Assembly: GCA_022072025.1 (NCBI GenBank)
Contig: JAJVIP010000003.1
Span: 1-64,000, forward strand
From: Elusimicrobiota bacterium
Lineage (GTDB): Bacteria; Elusimicrobiota; Elusimicrobia; F11
Direction of reading: 5' to 3'
Length of the DNA stretch: 64,000 nt
Shown: positions 30,609 to 39,794 of the stretch, piece by piece
Layout of the letters: every line of letters starts with the position of its first letter
How positions within the stretch are numbered: the first letter of the stretch is position 1
Made by a program: the position numbers and the translations under genes
The notes under the pieces: model-generated
Seen by the model: only the letters and a program-made list of their open reading frames with translations
Told to the model about the DNA's origin: nothing
Databases searched by the model: none

Positions 30609-30637
30609 ATTATATCACTCTTGTTTGGTTTTGTCAA
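30609..30637 (-). promoter_or_regulatory. sigma70 promoter TTGACA-17-TATAAT (minus strand)
   Basis: Plus-strand tgtcaa 30632-30637 and attata 30609-30614. Confidence 0.5.
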
Positions 30638-30769
30638 GCCACTCTAGTACTTCGATTACCTTGTCTAGAGTATAGTTTTGAATTTCATCAGCCCGAGATC
30701 TCCCAACGGGATTTTTCATTTTTAAAATGGTTTCTTTTATCTCTTCAATTTTTAACATATAAATAGGGG

Positions 30770-31060
30770 CGGCAAGCCAGACCCAGCTTCGTTCTTGCGA
30801 ACTTTCATGTGCGGCGTTTCACAAATGACTACTAACACTTTTCCCAAGAGCCTTTTAGTGACTCAAGGTAGTAATATTCATGTCCTCGTCAAGTTATCTT
30901 ACGATACGCAGTCGGGACCGCAGGGGGGTCGAGGTGTATATCGTTTCAACCATCGCCTTGTTTGCTTGCGGAACATTAAAGGCTCCGATTCTAACGGATT
31001 TTACCCCCAAATAATATTGAGGGCTTCGTGCCTATCCCGATATTCCCACACGCCCCTATT
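30770..31060 (-). ncRNA. about 290-nt GC-enriched noncoding element with complementary ends (GGGGCG...CGCCCC); unknown structured RNA candidate
   Basis: No credible ORF on either strand (stops are dense on the - strand; the + strand ORF 30795..31070 is Cys-rich and low-complexity). A G-U wobble (CCCUC/GGGGG) supports minus-strand RNA. Several local hairpins (UCCG-UUAGAAU-CGGA, CGUG...CACG). Confidence 0.3.
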
Positions 31061-31066
31061 TAGTTG

Positions 31067-31477
31067 TTAAAACTTCTTAAACATGTCATCCATGTTCTTC
31101 ATGGTTTTATCTAGGTTCTTCATGGCGTTATCTAAACTTTTCATCCCAGCATCAAGTCCGTCCATCCCCGCTTTCATACCTGCTTTACCCACTTCTATTG
31201 CCCTATCATACTCTGGGGTTCCCTTCTCCAACTTCTTCCCATTAACCCACACCTCATCATTAATCCTTATTCTGCTAGTCCCACTAGTAAAAATCCTGGT
31301 TCTGTTTTGTTCTTGTTTTTTTTCATACTCTTTTACCTGTCTATCTACCTCATCCCAATCCATACCCAATTTAAATTCTCTCCTCAATTCGTCAAACATA
31401 TCCGAGATATAATGCCCACTGAAAAGGTATTTAAAAAATTTGATGATTAATCCACCTAGTTTTTCTATCATTTGCAC
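31067..31477 (-). CDS. hypothetical protein
   Basis: 136 aa with a repeated AGM..GLDAGMK motif. Confidence 0.3.
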   Translation of the reverse strand: MQMIEKLGGLIIKFFKYLFSGHYISDMFDELRREFKLGMDWDEVDRQVKEYEKKQEQNRTRIFTSGTSRIRINDEVWVNGKKLEKGTPEYDRAIEVGKAGMKAGMDGLDAGMKSLDNAMKNLDKTMKNMDDMFKKF

Positions 31478-31740
31478 TCCACCTTTGGTTGAGAGTAACC
31501 ATTAACTTGTTCTATATTAAACGCTTTTATCCCCGCTGATCCGCAGATTTTATCTGAAGCCAACATCCATTGAGTTGTTTTATCTTTATTCTCTGGTTCT
31601 TCTACAGTGATCTTAGTACACTCTCCGTTTTCTCCGATTAAAATTCTTTCGTGATTATATCTGGCGACTAGCACTAGTCCCCCAATAATTATAATAAGCA
31701 TAACAAAAAAGGTTATCTTTACAAATGTATCATCTCTCAT
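31468..31740 (-). CDS. small membrane-anchored protein
   Basis: 90 aa with an N-terminal TM helix. Confidence 0.3.
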   Translation of the reverse strand: MRDDTFVKITFFVMLIIIIGGLVLVARYNHERILIGENGECTKITVEEPENKDKTTQWMLASDKICGSAGIKAFNIEQVNGYSQPKVECK

Positions 31741-31936
31741 TTTTTGTTCTCCTTTTTGCCAATCTTACCAATCGTTTGGCGGGTAATAATAAATTGTTTT
31801 GCCCCGTGGAGAAAAATTCCTTCTAAAAAGAAGGGAACAAATTCAAATATTACTAAGCTCAAATAACTAATCCAGTAATCTAATTTATTATTAGATTTGA
31901 TTACCCATCCGTTGATATTCTCGTCGTAGAAATACA

Positions 31937-32641
31937 TTATCCCTCCTCCTTTATAAGATGTTGTTCTATATACTGTGGAGCTTGATTAAATCTTGGGATA
32001 TGGAGATCAATCTCCCAGTTGTTATAGAATTCGCTCCTTACTACACAAGATCCCCGCTTTAAGTGATCCTCTACATCATTCCAGTTCAGATTTTTGGCGT
32101 GGATTAAATCATGAAGCTTCTGCGAATCTTGTCCAAGAAGATCTTTATGAGAGTATAGACTTTGAGCGAGCATTTGAAGAGAATTTCTTTCTGCGTCCTG
32201 TTGCCTCCATAGGAAGTAGTTGTTAACCTCGTCTTCTGGCAACACAAATACTCTCGCATCAAAAATAGCCTCTCTCCCCATAAATACCGTAAGGGCAGCT
32301 GAAGCATAACCAGCTGAAACAGATACTATCTTTTGGATCTCGTTTCCAAACCACGGCTGACTATCAAACTTTTTATAGTTGTGGAGTAGGAGAGAAATCT
32401 CATCGCTTTGAATGTAGGCGAGTTCAACTCCTTGGAGTTTTTCACAGAGCCTCCTTGCCACTTCTTGCATGTGGGTGGTAAAGCCTAAATCATATGGCTT
32501 CTGAGCCTTATTAAGTAGGGTATGAAAAGCTTTGCCGTCTAAGCGGATAATTACTGGTAGTCGCAGGGGAAGTCTCGTCAGAAAGGGCGATTCATAATTT
32601 TCTTTCATGCGGTTGCCAAGGGATTTCATTTTCTTACGCAC
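31937..32641 (-). CDS. Thg1-like protein (tRNA-His guanylyltransferase family, 3'-5' polymerase)
   Basis: VIIRLDGKAFHTLLNKAQKPYD...MQEVA...ELAYIQSDEISLLL matches the Thg1 active-site region (RxDGxxFH, SDEIS). Confidence 0.75.
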   Translation of the reverse strand: MRKKMKSLGNRMKENYESPFLTRLPLRLPVIIRLDGKAFHTLLNKAQKPYDLGFTTHMQEVARRLCEKLQGVELAYIQSDEISLLLHNYKKFDSQPWFGNEIQKIVSVSAGYASAALTVFMGREAIFDARVFVLPEDEVNNYFLWRQQDAERNSLQMLAQSLYSHKDLLGQDSQKLHDLIHAKNLNWNDVEDHLKRGSCVVRSEFYNNWEIDLHIPRFNQAPQYIEQHLIKEEG

Positions 32642-32691
32642 TCCAAATTTTTTAAATCTATCTTGTATTATACCATATACCCACTAGATAG

Positions 32692-33093
32692 TCAAGGCTT
32701 TAGACTCGAACCACGGGGAGTAATTTTGATCTCTTTATACGGCATGATATCTCCTAAAGTTCTGCTCTGTTTTTTGCCAAATCTCCCCTCTAGGGCGTAA
32801 CAGGCGAGGATTTCTAGAGCATGATGAGTAGAACAACAAACACAAGAATCCTTACATAGGTGTCCTACAGCTCCACCCCCAGGTGGTAACTTGGTCAACT
32901 CTACCTCACTTTTTGGTTGAAGATATACCTTCCCAGCATCCCAATCAAACCCAATATAAACATCTTTAATCTCTGTCCATTTTGTCCCCGTTACTGGGTT
33001 ATGACTCCCCCCAGAAAATCCAGACAGACTTAAACAAACCTCATCCTCTGGGTTGGCATGAGATAGTTTAGCGATTAAACTCTTAACCTTCAT
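32692..33093 (-). CDS. hypothetical Cys-rich protein
   Basis: 133 aa. Confidence 0.3.
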   Translation of the reverse strand: MKVKSLIAKLSHANPEDEVCLSLSGFSGGSHNPVTGTKWTEIKDVYIGFDWDAGKVYLQPKSEVELTKLPPGGGAVGHLCKDSCVCCSTHHALEILACYALEGRFGKKQSRTLGDIMPYKEIKITPRGSSLKP

Positions 33094-33240
33094 CTTCTTC
33101 CTTTTCTATTTCTTCTTCAAAACTGATTACTACCTCTGGACGGAATAAACTACAGCGGATTACTATCTCGTCTATTGTTTCGTACTCCCCAATGAGAGTA
33201 ACCATTCCATCCCCCCGCTGATCTGTGGCATACATTTTGA

Positions 33241-33828
33241 TCATTTTTCTCCTGGAGCATATCCCAAATTAACTTCGGGATGAACCTTTAATGATTGTCC
33301 CACCCATAGAGAGCTCAAAAGCTTAATAAGTTGGTCCCTAGTGGCTTCGTCTTTTTTAATATAACAAACTGTCATGTGTGGCATATATCCAGAGAAGGTA
33401 TCGATGTGTGGGAGGAACTGGAGGCGAGAATGTCCCTCGAGCAATTTCTCGTCTACCTCAATGTGAGCCACAATACAATAGTAGGGTTCATCCTCATAGG
33501 GCGACTCAAAAAACCCAATGTCCTGAATTTTAACTTCGTCAATACTCCAATCCTTTAACACGGCATGAACCTGGTCGGCCCAAGTATGGGCATTTTCCAT
33601 AAGACCGTAAAGGAGAGTAACATGGGCATTCTTTCCTGCTACCCAACCCTTAATCCATTTGCGATCCTCATTTTGGGCGTAGTACAACATCTCTCCATCG
33701 CCCATCCCGTCTATACTCAACATAGAATCTAGTGGTTCTAGATCTAACATTACACATCCTAATCGATCAACATTTACATTTAAATCTTTATATATACCTT
33801 CGAACATGTGAGAGTTAAGTTGTGGCAT
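33241..33828 (-). CDS. 2H-phosphoesterase superfamily protein (LigT/ThpR-like 2',3'-cyclic phosphodiesterase)
   Basis: Two HxTx motifs, NAHVTLLYG and MPHMTVCYI, about 85 residues apart. This is the defining signature of the 2H fold. Confidence 0.55.
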   Translation of the reverse strand: MPQLNSHMFEGIYKDLNVNVDRLGCVMLDLEPLDSMLSIDGMGDGEMLYYAQNEDRKWIKGWVAGKNAHVTLLYGLMENAHTWADQVHAVLKDWSIDEVKIQDIGFFESPYEDEPYYCIVAHIEVDEKLLEGHSRLQFLPHIDTFSGYMPHMTVCYIKKDEATRDQLIKLLSSLWVGQSLKVHPEVNLGYAPGEK

Positions 33829-34146
33829 CTTTATCCTTTTGTTGAGCTAAGTATAGTTTCATGTGTTTGTGACACAACTGCTTATTATACGCCTTGCGTG
33901 GGCGAGCCTTAGCCCTACAATGACACTTCTCACAATGATGACCACTAAGTTTCATTATCTACCTCCCCACAAAAGCTCCCACCATTCTACTAGCGGCGAT
34001 TTTTTATCTACTTCTTTTACCAACCTTTCAATCGCTACTCTAACCATATCTTTGTCCCACTTACCACCAACTTTGGTTTGTATTATATAGCCATTCTTTG
34101 TGTTCTCTTTGGTGAGGGTGATACTTGCTTTCATGTAGAGATCTCC

Positions 34147-34872
34147 TTAAAAGAGGCGAACATGGTCTTTGCGAGCTTTGAAGTTGATTATCTCTTCTAG
34201 CTGGCGAAGGTAGTCAGATTTAGTGTTCATTCTGACCAGTTGTCTACCATGTACTGCCAATTTGTGTTTGAGGTTGGCAAAAGAGACGGCTCCAGATTCT
34301 TTAAGCTGGATAACAGCAGTAATGAATGATCTGTTCCTTCTTACCACCGCATCAGCAAACTCTGAAAATGCGTCTACCCATTGCATAACCCCATCAGCAT
34401 ATTCGGCGTATTTAATTTTGAACTTACCGCTTTTAATATAATCTTTGTTGCTAGTTCCCCCGACATTAGCGGTTGGTCCAAACATCATTAGACTTCCAGC
34501 TAGTCCATAGGAAATCCCCCACTTCTTTTTAAATTCTTGGAGCTCTATATAGTTTTTGTTACCCAGTTCAATATAACTATTAACAAAATCATCATAAGAC
34601 CACGACTTGGCGGATGTGTTTAGCTTTTGGACAATATCTAGGTTTCCATCGGTTACAACATAAGAAACTGGGACACCAAGCTGTTTGGCGGCCTCTAGGC
34701 GGTGTTGTCCATCAATAACTAATCCATTTTGGTTAACAATAATAGGATTAGATTCTAAGAGATTATTTTTGGCAATGCTTTGAACTAACGATTTAACATG
34801 GTTGGGTTGAAGATCGCGGTTGCCCCGCATGTGAGTGAACTGATCATATTTGGTAGTGCTTTTAATATTCAT
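34147..34872 (-). CDS. ParB-like nuclease domain protein
   Basis: IIVNQNGLVIDGQHRLEAAKQLGVPV is a ParB/Sulfiredoxin-type N-terminal domain. Confidence 0.55.
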   Translation of the reverse strand: MNIKSTTKYDQFTHMRGNRDLQPNHVKSLVQSIAKNNLLESNPIIVNQNGLVIDGQHRLEAAKQLGVPVSYVVTDGNLDIVQKLNTSAKSWSYDDFVNSYIELGNKNYIELQEFKKKWGISYGLAGSLMMFGPTANVGGTSNKDYIKSGKFKIKYAEYADGVMQWVDAFSEFADAVVRRNRSFITAVIQLKESGAVSFANLKHKLAVHGRQLVRMNTKSDYLRQLEEIINFKARKDHVRLF

Positions 34873-34904
34873 ATCTATCCTTTATATTATATAACAATTA
34901 ACAT

Positions 34905-34933
34905 ATTATATCATACTATTATGGTAATGTCAA
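34905..34933 (-). promoter_or_regulatory. sigma70 promoter TTGACA-17-TATAAT (minus strand)
   Basis: Plus-strand tgtcaa 34928-34933 and attata 34905-34910. Confidence 0.55.
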
Positions 34934-35794
34934 CTAGAAATCACCGTAGTCAACTTGTAGACAAGTTAGCCCCAGCGATCTCCACATATCAACCACCTGT
35001 TGGCGATCATCTAAAACAAATAGGACATTATATTTTCCCTTAATCTCAGCGTCATAAATTTCTTTTTTAATAATATTGTCGGTGCGATGATCCCCAGTTT
35101 TTCTCATAAAGAGGGAGATACGATCATCTAAAACAGAATGTTTGGCTAACCAGCGAACTGTTGGTTCACGATCTTTATCCTCTCTTCCAGAAAGATAGAT
35201 CGGGCGGACCCATTGTTTAGCATAATATGTTTTGAGAATATTTATTATTGGTTCGTTTGGCAAATCGTTCTCGCAAGTGGATGCGTCATAAGGATCACGA
35301 CCATTCCCTAGTGCGATGGTCCCATCTAGGTCACAAATGATAACTGTCGCCAGAGCAGGATCGAATGTGGGGCGTTCTACGGCTCTAAATTCTAGTTGAC
35401 GAGCCATCCTTCGGATCACCTTACTACCGACTGAATTTGGGCGGAGCAGATCCCTCTCTATACATGTTTCAACGGGGACATTGGTAAAGTCTTGAGTTTC
35501 AACCTCAGCATTATATTTGGCGGCAATTCTCCACATAGTATTTTTATGTTTACTATGTAGATTTGTATCATCCACAATTATGTCATGACCGCCCTTTAGA
35601 GATTCTTCTACAATAAAATCACGAACTTTCAAAACAAATTCTTCCCGCCCCTTTGAATGTACACCGACATGAAGCATGTCCCGCAAACTATCTTTATTAA
35701 CTCTAACTGTGTTGGGGTTTTGGGTTTGGTACTCTCTCGCCCAAGTTGTTTTACCAGAACCTGGAAGTCCTTTTGTCAATATAATCTTATTCAT
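34934..35794 (-). CDS. pnkp: polynucleotide 5'-kinase / 3'-phosphatase (T4 Pnkp-like)
   Basis: N-terminal P-loop kinase (GLPGSGKTT) and C-terminal HAD phosphatase (ICDLDGTIA, DxDGT motif I). Same domain order as T4 Pnkp. Confidence 0.8.
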   Translation of the reverse strand: MNKIILTKGLPGSGKTTWAREYQTQNPNTVRVNKDSLRDMLHVGVHSKGREEFVLKVRDFIVEESLKGGHDIIVDDTNLHSKHKNTMWRIAAKYNAEVETQDFTNVPVETCIERDLLRPNSVGSKVIRRMARQLEFRAVERPTFDPALATVIICDLDGTIALGNGRDPYDASTCENDLPNEPIINILKTYYAKQWVRPIYLSGREDKDREPTVRWLAKHSVLDDRISLFMRKTGDHRTDNIIKKEIYDAEIKGKYNVLFVLDDRQQVVDMWRSLGLTCLQVDYGDF

Positions 35795-35826
35795 AATAAG
35801 TATTATATACTATGAATAGGATTTTG

Positions 35827-36189
35827 TCAATACTTAACCTCTTCTATCTTTCCACAATACTGACACATTTTCTTAGTTGCTTTTTTGGTTATAGTCTCTG
35901 GATTTGTATTTTGATTTGGTCCACCCCCGCCAGCATTGGGATAATACCCACCCCCACTTCCCCCCGCTACCGTGCCAGTATAGGAATACCCCCCTGGGGT
36001 ATATCTAGTCTCTGTCCACTCCACAATTAACCACAAATGACCACCATCTTTCCCCACAATCTTATTCATGGCATCTCTGGCGGGATCGTCACATCGCAAA
36101 TTATTATTAGTCATGTTCAGGATTTTGTTTCTCCCAGTAGGCTTTAATCCTTTCGGGTAGATTATACTCCCAATGGATATGATCGCCAA
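35827..36189 (-). CDS. hypothetical Gly-rich protein
   Basis: 120 aa. May be partly spurious; overlaps the next ORF. Confidence 0.2.
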   Translation of the reverse strand: MAIISIGSIIYPKGLKPTGRNKILNMTNNNLRCDDPARDAMNKIVGKDGGHLWLIVEWTETRYTPGGYSYTGTVAGGSGGGYYPNAGGGGPNQNTNPETITKKATKKMCQYCGKIEEVKY

Positions 36190-36517
36190 TTTGGGTTCGC
36201 AAATAGGTAAAAGTACAAGCGGGACATTTTATCATTTTTTCTAATTTTTCTACGCCATCTTTATTATTTGCTGTGACCTCAATATAAGAGGGGGTTAGGC
36301 TATTTTTTGAGGAGCTTGGTTTAAGAGCTTCAATTAGTGAATCCATAACTTTTATTTTATCCCAATCTGCGGGAGCCCAAGTCCGACCACATAATCGGCA
36401 TTCACGATTGGGATTCATGGTGCAGTGTCTTTCGTGGCGAGACATGTGGGAAGCACTCAGTCCCTTTTTATTCTTACAAAATTCACAATAGTAAACTTTT
36501 TTAGTCACCGTTTTCAT
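36107..36517 (-). CDS. zinc-finger protein
   Basis: CEFC...HERHC...CRLCG...CPAC motifs. Confidence 0.3.
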   Translation of the reverse strand: MKTVTKKVYYCEFCKNKKGLSASHMSRHERHCTMNPNRECRLCGRTWAPADWDKIKVMDSLIEALKPSSSKNSLTPSYIEVTANNKDGVEKLEKMIKCPACTFTYLRTQIGDHIHWEYNLPERIKAYWEKQNPEHD

Positions 36518-36676
36518 GGGCAGGATCTCCTATTTTGCTTAATAAATCTTCTCGTTTACCATTGCTATCTGGATATGTTATTAGTCCTCCATATCTTTTT
36601 GTGAGATCACGATAATTCAAAGCCCCCAATAAGAAGCCTACTACAAACCCAATAAAAAAAATAATTTCGGGACTAC

Positions 36677-37747
36677 TCATGCTACCGCCTCAGATTGTTG
36701 TTTAAATGGTCGCTCTGCCACGGGGCGAAGCTTCTTCCATATCATATGTGCATAGGGACGCTTATCAAGCATAGAGAATAAGATTGGGGCATACTCTCCA
36801 TCTTTCATAAACTCCATAGCTAGTGTCTTGCGATCTTTCACTCCACTACCAGTAGTGGTTATAAAAAGTGTTTTAGCTATTTGATCAATGGTATTATATT
36901 GGAGAATAAGGTTGTCGGCCGTATCTTTTACCCAGTGGTAAAACTCTTCTGGGACTCTTTCCATCAACTCTCCGAGGTCTTGCCCGTTACGAAGGAGATC
37001 CCAAATAGTCTTTTTATTCACCCCAGTTAATAGTCTGTGTAGGCGTACATATTCGTCAAACTTAAACTTAGTCCTCATCCCCGATTGGAAGCGGATAACA
37101 AACCCTTCACTGTCATTTTTTTGGATTGCCTTAATCTTTTCTAGATCATTTAACCCATCATATCTGCGTACTATTTTCATTTTCCCCGAAAACGCCATCT
37201 GTAGTGTCTCATATGGTACTTCTACACCATCCCTAGTGTTAAAGGCTGTGAGAAGATATAGATCTCTATCTAATCCATAATTAACTACAATCCTATTTTC
37301 TGGATAGATAATTTCGAACAAGTATGTGTATTCTGGGTTAAATTCTACTTGAGAATATTTTTCCTGAAGCATTTTATTCGCCTCAATAGCTTGGTCACTC
37401 TCAAAAGATCCCCGCGTGGCGATAAAGGGTTTCCCCCCAACAAAGTACATAATCCCAAGCGATCCATCCATCTTCTCAAATACTTCGAATGGCTCTGTAA
37501 GTGGTAATTTGGGTAAACCGTTATTTTCTTGATGTTCAGATAAGTTCCAGAACTTCTGGAATGGCCTGGCAACAACCTGGTTGGAAGCGTCCATAATAAG
37601 ACCCCGACAGGTAATTGTCTCGGGAGTCCAAACTTTATCAAATTGAGCTTTTTGGGAATAGTTATAAATCCACAATTCTTCGGTGGGGTGTTTTGTTTTA
37701 TCTATATACTTCTGGTCTATCAACTCTTGTAGTCGAGCGAGATCCAT
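36677..37747 (-). CDS. ATP-dependent RNA ligase (Rnl1/RnlA-like)
   Basis: Motif I EKMDGSLG (KxDG), motif IV EGFVIR, motif V KFKFDEY. 356 aa. Confidence 0.6.
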   Translation of the reverse strand: MDLARLQELIDQKYIDKTKHPTEELWIYNYSQKAQFDKVWTPETITCRGLIMDASNQVVARPFQKFWNLSEHQENNGLPKLPLTEPFEVFEKMDGSLGIMYFVGGKPFIATRGSFESDQAIEANKMLQEKYSQVEFNPEYTYLFEIIYPENRIVVNYGLDRDLYLLTAFNTRDGVEVPYETLQMAFSGKMKIVRRYDGLNDLEKIKAIQKNDSEGFVIRFQSGMRTKFKFDEYVRLHRLLTGVNKKTIWDLLRNGQDLGELMERVPEEFYHWVKDTADNLILQYNTIDQIAKTLFITTTGSGVKDRKTLAMEFMKDGEYAPILFSMLDKRPYAHMIWKKLRPVAERPFKQQSEAVA

Positions 37748-37885
37748 AGTTACTCCTGTGATTGGGTGGGCAAGTCTTTTTCTTCGGTGGCAATTTTGGG
37801 TACTGGAGTCCCGACAATGGCTTGAGTAGAAGCCTCCATAGCCATCCTTTTCCCGTGGATAGCAGAGTCGTGGGCAAAAATCCTT

Positions 37886-38371
37886 TTACCCCTTCTTACT
37901 TGCTGTCTTTTCTTTTCGTGACGAAACTTTTTTTGGGCTTTGCTTAGCATGTTCGCCTCCATATTTGTCTATAAATTCTATTAATGCCTTGATATCTTCT
38001 CTGGGGATTAATGCCTCGGCATGATATACCCTACCCTTGAATAGTTGTTTAATCCAGTGCCAAAAAGTTGATGGTTGATCGTAGGCAGAAATCCATATAT
38101 CTCTAGGTTCATCTTTCCAGTGTGAGAATTCTATAAAACAGGGGTGCCCACAATCACATCTAATAATAAACTTCTTTTGATCTATCATATTAGTCCCATA
38201 AATTATCAAAATATTTGGCAAATAATTGTAATCCTTCTTGTTCAATTTTTTGGAGTTTATCCATTTCTTTGTGATGCTTAATCCAGAAATCATGCTTTTC
38301 TTTTTCAGATAGAGAATCAAAGTTTTCTGGAAGCTTGGGATACATTTCTCCCAACTCATAAGAAATCTCAA
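37886..38371 (-). CDS. hypothetical protein
   Basis: 161 aa. Overlaps ORF 38190..38678; one of the two may be mis-phased. Confidence 0.25.
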   Translation of the reverse strand: MRFLMSWEKCIPSFQKTLILYLKKKSMISGLSITKKWINSKKLNKKDYNYLPNILIIYGTNMIDQKKFIIRCDCGHPCFIEFSHWKDEPRDIWISAYDQPSTFWHWIKQLFKGRVYHAEALIPREDIKALIEFIDKYGGEHAKQSPKKVSSRKEKTASKKG

Positions 38372-38678
38372 ATCCGCGGATCATTTTATCCATTGTCTTG
38401 TCCCAGTCTTTTACGCCCTTTTTAAAGTCTTTGGCTGTTTTTCCTGCAAACTCACAAGGAATCCCGTGTTTATTTTCTTTGAGGAAGCGAAGAGCATCTG
38501 GCATCCAAAGAGAGAGATGATAATCAAGCGACCAGGTATCACAGTCAGCCCATCCCCGAATTCCTCTTTGTATAATGGCGCGGAGATCTTTATACAAGTC
38601 ACGAACAAACTCCCACGGGCGGAGAATATAATACTTCCAGCTATAAGTGAGATAACACCATCCTAAAAATTTACTCAT
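38190..38678 (-). CDS. hypothetical protein
   Basis: 162 aa, W-rich. Promoter TTGTCA-18-TATAAT upstream at about 38683-38712. Confidence 0.3.
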   Translation of the reverse strand: MSKFLGWCYLTYSWKYYILRPWEFVRDLYKDLRAIIQRGIRGWADCDTWSLDYHLSLWMPDALRFLKENKHGIPCEFAGKTAKDFKKGVKDWDKTMDKMIRGFEISYELGEMYPKLPENFDSLSEKEKHDFWIKHHKEMDKLQKIEQEGLQLFAKYFDNLWD

Positions 38679-39473
38679 ATATTGTATTATATCACACTAC
38701 CATTGGGTCTGACAATAGTTTCCATCACATTTAATTTAAGTGCTTCCTGCTTAGCCAAGTTAAAACTATTCGGTTGGATTTTGAATTCAACTGGGAAAGA
38801 GATGGTTGGATTATATCTTTTACCAGTATAGTTAACTGTAGATTTTACTGGAGAATAATCTGGTTGATCGCTAATAAATAATTTATACCCCCTGGGGGTA
38901 TCGGCAATTTTTATATAGGCGCGGATAGTAATTGGTTCTTCTGGAATTAGGTTTATTTGGCTCATATTATTCTGGTAGTAACCATTGGCTATCTATAATT
39001 AATTGTGCTTGTTTCAGCTGGTCCTCGGTTGGCTCCATCTCCTCTGCCACCTTGTCAGCATGACTGTGAGAGCCCCAGTCGCCTTTGTGCTGGGATTTGT
39101 CCTCAGCATCTCTGCCTTCATCTGATTCTTTTTCCTTCGACTTTGGTGCCATACACCAATTTTAATACTAAGTAGTATATTTTGGCATTACCCCTCTGAT
39201 TAATTTTAACTGGGCTTCCCCCACCCCATTAATTCTTAAAATATCTTTATCTTTTGCCACTCTTACAGATCTGATTGAACTAAATCCAGAATTAAAAAGA
39301 TAATTAGTAACTTTTGTGGGGAGATGTGTTGCAGACAGAGGGGCTAGATCGTGGATTCTAATGGGATAATATTTTTGTACGAGAGGGATTAAAAATTCAA
39401 ATCCAGCCAAAACATCTTGTTTAGATGAAAGATCTACTTCTAAAATATTTGTTATTTTCATATTACCCCCGTA

Positions 39474-39794
39474 TTAACTATTAGCTATTTCCAATAGCAC
39501 ATCGGCGTGACACGGCTTGTCTAGGGGACACCAACAGGCCAGGTTGAATCCCCTTAAATCTCTTTTCGCCGCCTGAGAGCGGGTACATGATGTGTCATAT
39601 GCTTGGTCGTGTACTCCTGACATAAGCCATTCTTTATATTTAGCTATCGCCCCTCCCCTACCCAAAACCATAATTCCATTAATTCTATCTCCTTCTTTAT
39701 ATGGGTTTCCCCAGAAGGTTGGTCTTCCTACATAAATTGTATTTGGTGGCATTTTCCACCCCTTAGTGCGTTTACGCTGTACTCGAATCGGCAT
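39474..39794 (-). CDS. DUF4326-like protein
   Basis: YVGRPTFWGNPY...KYKEWL...LRGFNLACWCPLDKPCHADVLLE matches the DUF4326 pattern (GNPf...CwC...CHadvL). Confidence 0.4.
   Translation of the reverse strand: MPIRVQRKRTKGWKMPPNTIYVGRPTFWGNPYKEGDRINGIMVLGRGGAIAKYKEWLMSGVHDQAYDTSCTRSQAAKRDLRGFNLACWCPLDKPCHADVLLEIANS

Noticed and set aside
30770-31060. Considered calling this element a second tmRNA because its minus-strand 5' end resembles GGGGCUGAUUCUGGAUUCGACGGGAU
   Set aside because: No T-arm or acceptor 3' strand, no G3-U70 pair and no tag ORF could be found. It is kept only as an unknown structured element.
30795-31070. 91-aa + strand ORF covering the GC-rich noncoding element
   Set aside because: Cys-rich and low-complexity with no RBS. 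It is antisense to the local transcription direction, so the interval is better treated as noncoding RNA or a site.
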